A DNA stretch of 50,169 nt from a virus, in the IMG/VR virus record IMGVR_UViG_3300037311_000346; one strand, 5' to 3'. The notes under the pieces were generated by a model. It was not told the origin of the DNA. It made no database searches and saw nothing but the letters and a program-made list of their open reading frames with translations. Shown here piece after piece: positions 15,051 to 22,857 of the stretch. How positions within the stretch are numbered: position 1 is the stretch's first letter; every line of letters starts with the position of its first letter. The position numbers were made by a program, and so were the translations under genes.

Positions 15051-15326
15051 TCAGTCCTCGGCAGGGGTTGCGGCTGCGCCGGAGGCGGCGAGCGCCGCCT
15101 CGACCGTCAGGACGAGCTCGCGCGAGGTCGTCAGCCAGACCTCCGCTTCGAGCGGGTCGATCGGGGTGCCGTCGGGCCGCGCGCCCGCGGCCACCCAGGC
15201 GTCGTGGCGCTCGACAACCGCGCGCAGCGGCTCGGCGATCTCGCGCGGGTCGAGGTTGGCGCGCCGCGGCTCGAAGAGCGCGCAGGACGAGAGGACGAGC
15301 GGAAGCAGAAGGGCGAGACGTTGCAT
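15051..15326 (-). CDS. Lipoprotein, either an o-spanin-like or a superinfection-exclusion candidate
   Basis: MQRLALLLPLVLSSC has a lipobox (L-S-S-C). GGAG lies upstream of ATG 15326. The gene follows the putative receptor-binding fibre gene directly. Confidence 0.75.
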   Translation of the reverse strand: MQRLALLLPLVLSSCALFEPRRANLDPREIAEPLRAVVERHDAWVAAGARPDGTPIDPLEAEVWLTTSRELVLTVEAALAASGAAATPAED

Positions 15327-15339
15327 GGAGGTTCTCCGA

Positions 15340-16287
15340 TCAGATCTCGACCCACTCGGTGCCGGTCGAGAGGAGGCGCTTCTTCGCGTACTGGGACGCG
15401 AGGCTCGCGGTCGCCGCGCCGTTGATGGTTTCGGCGCTCGCGCCGTCGAGCGTCACGGCGTTGCCCGAGGCGTCGGTCTTCACGAAGACGATCTCGCGGC
15501 CGCGCGCGGAAGCGGCCGACGGCAGCGTGACCGTGAACGCGCCAGCCGTCGCGTCGCAGAGCACGCGCTCGTCGAACATCCGCGCCGTGTAGGTCGCGGT
15601 CACCGCGACGGTCGGATGCCCGAAGATGCGCCCGACCTGCCAAACCGGCGAGCCGCCGTTCGAGACGAACTCGATCGAGTCTCCCGGGTTGAGCGTGACG
15701 CCCGACGCTCCGAAGCCCTGGATGATGCCCGACGTCGGGACGACCGAGACGAGGTAGCCGCTGGTGTCGAAGACCGACCGCGAGACGACGACGCGCCCGA
15801 ACTCGCGATCCTCCGCAGCCGGAAGCGTGAGCGTTCGATTGCCGGTGGTGAACGCGAAGTGGACGTGCTGGGCGTTGGACGCGGATTCGTCGCCGCCGAC
15901 CGTCAGCGTCGCCATGTCGTAGTCGTTCGACACCTCCTGATAGGACCCGTTGAACGGGGCCGCGGCGCCGTCGAGTGGCCAGAGCCAGCGCCAGCCGGAG
16001 TCGTCGGCGTTGCGCTGCTTCGCCATGTTCTGCCCGACGAAGTCGGTGTCGACCCAGAACATGAACGCGACGGTCGACGACGGCTCCGTCGAGCCGCTGC
16101 TCAGCGAGAGCGAGGCCTCGATGGCGGAGTTGAGCAGCGCCATTGCCTCGGCGCCGGTCGCGCCGGGCGTGAGCGGGTTCTTCGCGGTCTGCGGCATCGG
16201 AGAGGTGGTCGGCGGGAGGTTGGCGGCGGTCAGACCAAGTAGGAGGCCTGCGGCGAGCGCGTCCCGAGCGTAGCGGCGAGCGGTCAT
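15340..16287 (-). CDS. Tail fibre / receptor-binding protein candidate
   Basis: Track ORF 15340..16467 trimmed to ATG 16287. The C-terminal ...AVTLDGASAETINGAATASLASQYAKKRLLSTGTEWVEI resembles fibre-tip motifs. It lies last in the tail module. Confidence 0.6.
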   Translation of the reverse strand: MTARRYARDALAAGLLLGLTAANLPPTTSPMPQTAKNPLTPGATGAEAMALLNSAIEASLSLSSGSTEPSSTVAFMFWVDTDFVGQNMAKQRNADDSGWRWLWPLDGAAAPFNGSYQEVSNDYDMATLTVGGDESASNAQHVHFAFTTGNRTLTLPAAEDREFGRVVVSRSVFDTSGYLVSVVPTSGIIQGFGASGVTLNPGDSIEFVSNGGSPVWQVGRIFGHPTVAVTATYTARMFDERVLCDATAGAFTVTLPSAASARGREIVFVKTDASGNAVTLDGASAETINGAATASLASQYAKKRLLSTGTEWVEI

Positions 16288-16322
16288 CTCGCGCGAGAAT
16301 AGCGCGGCTCCGCTCGTGGCGC

Positions 16323-17003
16323 TCAGGCAACGCGCATCGCCACCAGCGCAGGGCTGCCGCTGCCCGCGCGCACGGCCGCGACAATCGGGTTCGGGAACGC
16401 GCCGTAGGTGACGAGGGCCTCCAGGCCGGTCGGAACCAGTAGCTGGCCAGCGGGCTGCGGCAGCCACGTCGAGATGCCGTTTGCCGACGCGACGCCGCGG
16501 AAGAAGGTCATGTGGCTGCTTTTCGCGAAGGCCGAGAAGTACCAGCCCGCCCGGAGCGTGATCGCGACGGAGGCGGAGACCATGCCGGTCGCCGCGCAGG
16601 AGAGCGCGCCGGAGTCGATGAGCAGCGCTCCGGGCGTTCCGCTCGCAGCGGCGTAGATGCCGACCCGCGCCGTGCCGGCGGCGATCGCGGTCGTGACCTC
16701 GAACGAGAGCTCGTCGATCGCGACCGGACGCGGGACGAAGAAGGGCGAGAGGAAGATCGTTCCGGTGCCCGGGTTCAGCGCCGAGGCCGCGCCCGTGACC
16801 TGCTGCATGAGGTAGCGGGAGCCCGTGACGTAGCCGGGGTGCATGTGCTCGGCCCCGACGAGCTTCCCGCCGGCCGTCGCGCCGTCGCCGAGGTAGAGCC
16901 GCGTCTCGTCGGTCGCCACGAGCAGCTCGCCGACGTCGGGCGTCTGCGCAAGGCGGTTCGCCTCAAGCCCGCGAAGGAGCTGGATCTTGGTCGTGTCCGC
17001 CAC
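16323..17003 (-). CDS. Tail fibre protein with an Mtd-N / hyaluronidase-N-like N-terminal motif
   Basis: TKIQLLRGLEANRLAQTPDVGELLVATDETRLYLGDGATAGGK. GTG 17003 abuts the stop of the J-like gene. Confidence 0.65.
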   Translation of the reverse strand: MADTTKIQLLRGLEANRLAQTPDVGELLVATDETRLYLGDGATAGGKLVGAEHMHPGYVTGSRYLMQQVTGAASALNPGTGTIFLSPFFVPRPVAIDELSFEVTTAIAAGTARVGIYAAASGTPGALLIDSGALSCAATGMVSASVAITLRAGWYFSAFAKSSHMTFFRGVASANGISTWLPQPAGQLLVPTGLEALVTYGAFPNPIVAAVRAGSGSPALVAMRVA

Positions 17004-20000
17004 CTAGAACGTCCCTCCGTCGATCGCGCTCGGCGCGTTCACTTCCGCGGCGTCGTTGGCCTGCACGGCGAAGCGATGCACGCGCACGTTCCACTCGTTG
17101 CCCCCGAGCGCCTCGCCTCGCGTGAACGTCACCCGAAGCTGGAACGACCGGCATCGTAGGAGCCCGGGCCGGAACCGCTGCCACGTTCCGGTGCTCGGGT
17201 CGGCCGAGGTGGAGAACCGGATCTCCACGACCTTCTCGATGCGCCCGTAGAGCGGGTCGGCAGGATCGGTCGGCCCTTCGATCAGGTCCCAGTGAGTCCC
17301 GCGTCGCGTGGCCACGAGCTCCGGCCACAGCTCCATCGGAAGCGGGAAGAGCTGGCGCGCCTCGACGATCGCCGAGACGTGCAGCACCTTGGCGCGCCCG
17401 GCGTCGAAGTAGCGGGTCGCGTAGGACGCCGAGCCGGGCCCCGCAGCCATCGCCGGGTCGAGCTCCAGGACCGACTCGCCTTCGTAGGTCGTCGCCACGA
17501 CGTCGTCGAGCACCGCGGCGCCCGTCGCCCACCCCTCGTCTTCGATCGACACGGCGACAACCGTCGCGCCGAGCTGAAGCTGCGCCGAGTAGTCCGCAGC
17601 CGTGCTTACAGGCCGCGAGACCATCCCACGCCCGAAGACGTAGCGCGCGACGACGTCGGGCAGCTTGCGGCCCGCGCCGTTCGCCGGGAGGGCGACGAAG
17701 TCGCGCGTCGGCCCGTGCGCCTCCTGATCGCCGCTCAGCGTCACGATCGGGTCGGCGAGCGTCCAGCCAAGGCCGCGCCGGAGCTCGACTCGTGAGGCTC
17801 TGCGCGCGCCGTCGACGTGGTACGAGACCTGGTCTCGCAGCGCGCGAACCGCAACGCCGCTCGGCGCGTCCGGCTGCGCAATCTGACCCGCGACGAGCAC
17901 CGCCTGGCGCTTCGCGACCGCGAGCGGCTCTTTTTGCCCAGCGCGCCCGACCGCGCGCGCCAGAATCTCGTACCGCTCGAACGGGCGCAGGAAGGCCGAC
18001 CGGACGAGAAGCCGCCCGGCGTCCGCCGGGCCGGTCGCCAGCAGGACCGGCGCCACGGCCTGCGAGTCGCCCAGCCTGCGCGCGAACACCTCAACAGACG
18101 CGGCGAGGTACGCCGCCGCTCGATCGAGCTGCCACTGCACGGCCAGCCCGGTCTCGAGCGCGCCGCTTTGGTCGGAGATCGACGATGCGTCGGCGACGGA
18201 GAGCTGCGCCAGGAGCGGCGGCGCGTCAGGGTCGGGCGGCGCGACCAGTTCGCTCCCGGAGTCCTCGAGCGGCTCCGGGAAGCCGTCCTCGTCGACCACG
18301 GCCGCGTTCCACTCCAGACCGACGAGGTCGCGCTCGAGCGTCGTCGGGTTCGTCGAGATCGAGAGCAGCTCGACCTCGCGGACCACGGTCTCGAGGCGCC
18401 CGATCGCCCAGAGGTCGTTTTGCGCCGGCGTGTAGGCGTTGCCCAGCTCGTCGACGAGATCGCCCGCCAGCTCGATGACTGCGGCGCGCGAGTAGCTCCC
18501 GGCCGGACTCGCGACCTCCGCCGTGTAGAGCTGGTCCGTCAGGGTCGACATGACGGCCGCGCGGTAGGTCGTCGAAGCCGCGAGCACGACGGGCTTGTCG
18601 ATCCGAAACGCGTCCGCCGTCGGCGAGCTGGACATCACGAGGCCCGCGAAGCCGAAGACCGGCATCGGGTGCGAAACGAGCACGAGATCGCCGATCTCCG
18701 CGCCGATCGCGTCGAAGTGCGAACGCCAGCGGAAGACCAGGCGCCGCAGCGCTGACTCGTTGACGAGCACCGTCAGATCGCGGCGCGCCTGCGAGGCGCG
18801 GGTCACGCCGCGCAGCTCGAGCGACTTCGCGACGACCGAGACGACTCCTTCGGGGCCCTCGATGCTCGGGTGGTCGACCTGCACGGGCCGCCGAGCGAAG
18901 CCGCGCCGTCGATCGAGGATCTCGCCGCTCACGCGATTGAACCGCCCGGCCGGCGGGACGCGCGAGAGCTGGAACGACCCGGCGACGATCGAGTCCGGAC
19001 CGAAGAGCTGCGTCGGCGGGCGATCCGCCGAGAACTTGACGCGCAGCTTGCTCCCGACCTTGACCGGCATGGCCCGCGCCGTCTGGAGGATCGCGACGAG
19101 GTGATCCCACGCGCGCACTCCGCGGCCGTCGGCCACGATGTCGCATTGAAAGCGCGGCTCCATGCCCTCGACGGTGTTCGAGCCGCTTGCCGCGACGAAG
19201 TCGTAGGCGCCGTCGGTCACCAGGTTCGCGTAGGCGCTGGAGGAGATGAGATCGCTGGCAAGGACGTGGCACTCCCAGAGTCCCGAGAGTTGCTCGGACG
19301 GCGCGTCCAGCAACAGGACGCCTTGAACGATTTGCCGGAGCGAGGAGACGACGAGCCCTTGGGAGATCGTGACGCCCGGGGCGACGGCGGCCGTCATCGA
19401 GATCGCGACGCCAGCCACCCAGTGGGTTGGAGGGCGTATCGCGAACGAGAGCTTGACCGTGTTCGTTCCGCCAAGCGTCGACGCCTCGAAGCGCGCGACC
19501 GAAGCCGTCGCGATCCGGTCGAGCACGCGAAAGTCCGCCCGCTCCGCGAGGTCGAGGAAGCTGTCAGCGTCCAGATCGCCGATGCCGAAGAACCGCCCTA
19601 GGCCCTCGCGCTTGTCGGTCGCGAAGCTCGCGGCGATCCACGCCGGGTTCTGTGTCCAGGCTTCGACCCAGAACCCAGACGTCTTGTCGTAGAGGAGTCC
19701 GCGCCGCGCGCGCGTGTCGGTCACGACGTTGGGCTGCTGGCCCGCGAGCTGCTCCGACGACTCGATGATCAGTCCGAGCAGCGCGCGGTTCCGATACGCG
19801 ATCTCGTCGAAGGTGATGGCGACGACGTTCTCCCAGCGAATCTCGTCCTGCGCCGTCGGCTCCGAGGTCGGGGTCGAGCGCCGCTGCACCTGGATCTCGT
19901 AGCGCGCGAGGTTGCCGATCGTCGGGTCGCTCGCGCCTCCGGAGACCTTTCCGTTGACGTAGGTCGTCGAGCCGCTCGTGTCGAGCGTCTGCACGAACGG

Positions 20001-21761
20001 GCCGGCGTCGTTCAGATTGTTCTCGAAGCGCCAGAGGCCGGAAAGGCCCGGGAGCGTCAGGGAGACCTCGCGGCCCTGCCCGTTGAGCCAGATGCCCGCG
20101 ACCTCGGCCGGCGTGATCTCCCGGTCGAGGTAGAAGACGTCGTCGAACGTGAACGGCTCCCAGTTCGGGTTGGGGATGAAGTCGTCGACGATGCTCAGCC
20201 GGAGCCGCGTTCCGGTGCCGGTCGGGATCTGGAGCCCGATGCTGGTCGCGCGCTCGTCGACGACCTGGCCGTTGACGTACAGCCGATGTCGATGCACTCC
20301 CGGCGCGATGCCGTCGCGCTTGAAGCTCACCGCAACGTGCGCCCAGGCGCTCGGCGCGACCTGCCCGAAGGCCGGGTTGACCGGGAACGCGCCAAGCTGC
20401 ACGTTGCCGCCGAGCGCGTCGGACGTCCCGTCTCCCATCAGCCCGTAGACGCGCACGTCTCCCGGCGCGAGCTGTCGGAGCTGGATCGCGAACCCGCGGT
20501 GAGTCGTCCCGGGCGCGAAGTTGTACAGGTGCTGCGACGCCGTGAGAACCGAGCCCGAGTACCAGCCGCCGAACCAGTTTCGCGAGCCGACGAGGCTCGC
20601 GTCGAGGAGTACCCATCCTCCAAAGGTCAGCTCGCCCACCTGGAAGCCGTGCGTCCAGAAGCCGCCGCCAGCGCGCGTGAGCGAAAGGGAGTTCCGGAAG
20701 AGATAGCCTCCTCCTCCCTTCGCGACGCCCTTGCCAAGCGTCCCGGGCGCGAAGCCACCGGGCGTCTCGAACGTGATCGGAACCTGGTGCCGGAACGTCC
20801 CTTGGAGATCGCTGGCGACGACGTGCGGGTTGCCAGCGTCCTCGAGCCACGCGGACGTCGGCGCCCCGAGAGCGTCGACGGTCCGGTAGCGGACGTCGAG
20901 CTCGACTGAGCGCGTCTGAAGGTTGCCGTTGCCGTCGACCGCGTAGAGCCCGAACGGCAGCGCGAAGGTGAGCAGCGCGGCCTGCGCCTCCTCGGCGAGC
21001 GTGTAGGCCGTCGCCTGCGTCCAGTCGGTTGCCGGCGGGTCGACGTTCTCCACCGGCAGATCGACCGGGAACGTGACCTCAATTGCGTTGAAGCCCGGGA
21101 TCGGCTCCTGGCTCGGAGTGCCGAGCCGGACGAAGCCCGTGACGCCCGGGAGGTTCGGCGCCGGGTTGCCGTTGATCTCGACGCCGCGGAGCTCGCTTGC
21201 CGGGATGAAGTCGCGGTCGGACGAGAACCCAGCGATCTCCTCGAACGGCCCGAGGCCCAGCTCGAGGAGGAGGTAGAGGATGGACCGCGGCTTTCCGCCG
21301 CTCTGGATCACGCGCACCGACCGCTGCGCGACGATGCCTCCGAGGCGCGGCGCTCCGTAGGCGAGCGGCACCGCCAGCCCCTTCGCGTCGTAGGCGGTCT
21401 GGATGCCGCTCCAGTCGTAGGTCTGCGAGTCGCGGTTCTCGCGCGGCACCGGCGGCTCGAACGTCAGCGCCTTGTAGAGCTGGGTGCCGCCAAGGCTCAG
21501 GAAGACCTGCGTCGCCGCGCTGAAGAGGCCGACGGCTGCGCCGGCGGCGGGCGCGAGCGCGAGCGTGACGTGATCGCCTTCGCTGACGACCGCGTCGAGG
21601 TCCGCGCGCGCTCCGTTCCGCCACGCCGCCAGATCCTCGCCGCCCGCGTCGTCCACCAGGTCGGCGATGCGTAGCCCGGGCCGCCACGGCTGCACGCGGT
21701 GCTCGCGCGAGCCGAACGGGTCCCACCAGTCCCGGATGCGGTGAACGTGGACGAGGCTCAT
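17004..21761 (-). CDS. Lambda J-like central tail fibre / host-specificity protein (1585 aa) with a gpI-like N-terminus and a LamG-like insertion
   Basis: Positioned after the L- and K-like genes. Track ORF trimmed to ATG 21761 (ATGA overlap). The N-terminal ~95 aa ends in hydrophobic AAGAAVGLFSAATQVFLSLGG. WAHVAVSFKRDG...HRLYVNGQVV at about 20070-20730 is LamG-like. Confidence 0.8.
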   Translation of the reverse strand: MSLVHVHRIRDWWDPFGSREHRVQPWRPGLRIADLVDDAGGEDLAAWRNGARADLDAVVSEGDHVTLALAPAAGAAVGLFSAATQVFLSLGGTQLYKALTFEPPVPRENRDSQTYDWSGIQTAYDAKGLAVPLAYGAPRLGGIVAQRSVRVIQSGGKPRSILYLLLELGLGPFEEIAGFSSDRDFIPASELRGVEINGNPAPNLPGVTGFVRLGTPSQEPIPGFNAIEVTFPVDLPVENVDPPATDWTQATAYTLAEEAQAALLTFALPFGLYAVDGNGNLQTRSVELDVRYRTVDALGAPTSAWLEDAGNPHVVASDLQGTFRHQVPITFETPGGFAPGTLGKGVAKGGGGYLFRNSLSLTRAGGGFWTHGFQVGELTFGGWVLLDASLVGSRNWFGGWYSGSVLTASQHLYNFAPGTTHRGFAIQLRQLAPGDVRVYGLMGDGTSDALGGNVQLGAFPVNPAFGQVAPSAWAHVAVSFKRDGIAPGVHRHRLYVNGQVVDERATSIGLQIPTGTGTRLRLSIVDDFIPNPNWEPFTFDDVFYLDREITPAEVAGIWLNGQGREVSLTLPGLSGLWRFENNLNDAGPFVQTLDTSGSTTYVNGKVSGGASDPTIGNLARYEIQVQRRSTPTSEPTAQDEIRWENVVAITFDEIAYRNRALLGLIIESSEQLAGQQPNVVTDTRARRGLLYDKTSGFWVEAWTQNPAWIAASFATDKREGLGRFFGIGDLDADSFLDLAERADFRVLDRIATASVARFEASTLGGTNTVKLSFAIRPPTHWVAGVAISMTAAVAPGVTISQGLVVSSLRQIVQGVLLLDAPSEQLSGLWECHVLASDLISSSAYANLVTDGAYDFVAASGSNTVEGMEPRFQCDIVADGRGVRAWDHLVAILQTARAMPVKVGSKLRVKFSADRPPTQLFGPDSIVAGSFQLSRVPPAGRFNRVSGEILDRRRGFARRPVQVDHPSIEGPEGVVSVVAKSLELRGVTRASQARRDLTVLVNESALRRLVFRWRSHFDAIGAEIGDLVLVSHPMPVFGFAGLVMSSSPTADAFRIDKPVVLAASTTYRAAVMSTLTDQLYTAEVASPAGSYSRAAVIELAGDLVDELGNAYTPAQNDLWAIGRLETVVREVELLSISTNPTTLERDLVGLEWNAAVVDEDGFPEPLEDSGSELVAPPDPDAPPLLAQLSVADASSISDQSGALETGLAVQWQLDRAAAYLAASVEVFARRLGDSQAVAPVLLATGPADAGRLLVRSAFLRPFERYEILARAVGRAGQKEPLAVAKRQAVLVAGQIAQPDAPSGVAVRALRDQVSYHVDGARRASRVELRRGLGWTLADPIVTLSGDQEAHGPTRDFVALPANGAGRKLPDVVARYVFGRGMVSRPVSTAADYSAQLQLGATVVAVSIEDEGWATGAAVLDDVVATTYEGESVLELDPAMAAGPGSASYATRYFDAGRAKVLHVSAIVEARQLFPLPMELWPELVATRRGTHWDLIEGPTDPADPLYGRIEKVVEIRFSTSADPSTGTWQRFRPGLLRCRSFQLRVTFTRGEALGGNEWNVRVHRFAVQANDAAEVNAPSAIDGGTF

Positions 21762-22171
21762 CGCTGGCGAGCGTAGCGGAAGAGGCGCCGAACGCGTGTC
21801 AGGCGTCGGGCCGGCACGATGACGGCGCCGGTCGAGCGCGCGGTCGTCAGGAAGAGGCCGCCGCCGATCGAGACCGAGAGGTGATCGAGTCCCTCGCTCG
21901 TCGGGCCCTGATGCGCCACCCAGCCGGCCGGCGCACGTTCGAGGAGCGCGACCGGCTCTTCCGCCCACTCGTCGCCGTGCCGCGCGAGAAACGCCTCGGC
22001 CTCGGCCTGCGTGGCGCCGAGGTCGTCGAGCGTCCAGAACGCGTCAGCCTCGAGCGCGAGTCCGAGGACCTCGACAAGGTAGAACCGGACAAGTGTCCGG
22101 CAGTCGAAGCCCTCCGAAAGCGACCGGCCTCCGCGGGCGAACGGCGCGCCGACAAGGTCTGCGGCGTTCAC
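21758..22171 (-). CDS. NlpC/P60-family tail protein (lambda K-like)
   Basis: GFDCRTLVRFYL (catalytic Cys context) and DHLSVSIGGGLFLTT (His). GTGA/ATGA coupling on both sides. Confidence 0.75.
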   Translation of the reverse strand: MNAADLVGAPFARGGRSLSEGFDCRTLVRFYLVEVLGLALEADAFWTLDDLGATQAEAEAFLARHGDEWAEEPVALLERAPAGWVAHQGPTSEGLDHLSVSIGGGLFLTTARSTGAVIVPARRLTRVRRLFRYARQR

Positions 22172-22857
22172 GAGTTGGCGACTCCCGGCTCGGCCGCGAA
22201 GTTAAGCGGCCAGAGCACCGGCGAGTGCCCTTCGGCGATCGCGAGGTTGCGCCGCAGACGGCAGTCGGCCAGCCGCTTGCGGCAGTCGCCGAGGATGCTC
22301 CGGTCGGGGTCGAGGAGTTCGATCGGGAACTCGCATCCCGCGCCGCCGTAGACGTTGCCGCAGGCGTCGTCCTGGACGCGCGTCGAAGGGGTCTCCAGCT
22401 CGAAGAGCGGGTCCGCGGAGATCTGAAACGAGATCGCAAGCTCGGTCACGCGGACGTCGCCAATGGTGCCGTCGAGCCTCACGTGCGCGCGTGGGTCGTC
22501 GAGCTCCGCGGTGTTCACGAGGATGAGCGCCGCCCGCTGCCCCTCGAGGAAGTCGCGCTCAAGGAGCTTTTCGACGAGGTCGTCGCGGACGTTTGCGAGC
22601 GTGACCGAGATCGCCGGGATCGAACCGTCGCTCTCCTCCTCGATTTGCCCGACCGAGAACGGCGCCGGCTTCCACGTCACGGGCACTCCGAGTGACGTCG
22701 TCGACCAGGTCAGGTCTCGACCGGCGGACGTGAAGCGAAACGCCTCGAGCGCGCCCGTCGTCGGGTTGCGGCTCTCGAGGAAGAGGAGCCACGCCCAGTG
22801 CCCGGACGTCACCAGCCTGTTCTTGATCGCACGAAGCCCGCCGAGATCACGAGCCAT
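22168..22857 (-). CDS. Minor tail protein L-like, with a C-terminal Cys cluster
   Basis: C-terminal CGNVYGGAGCEF...DCRKRLADCRLRRN...LWPLNFAAEPGV parallels the lambda gpL 4-Cys region. It lies between the giant protein and the K-like gene. Confidence 0.7.
   Translation of the reverse strand: MARDLGGLRAIKNRLVTSGHWAWLLFLESRNPTTGALEAFRFTSAGRDLTWSTTSLGVPVTWKPAPFSVGQIEEESDGSIPAISVTLANVRDDLVEKLLERDFLEGQRAALILVNTAELDDPRAHVRLDGTIGDVRVTELAISFQISADPLFELETPSTRVQDDACGNVYGGAGCEFPIELLDPDRSILGDCRKRLADCRLRRNLAIAEGHSPVLWPLNFAAEPGVANS

Noticed and set aside
16323-17003. Diversity-generating retroelement, suggested by the Mtd-N-like N-terminal motif of the fibre.
   Set aside because: No reverse transcriptase ORF exists anywhere in the genome. 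I saw no template/variable repeat pair near the fibre 3' ends.
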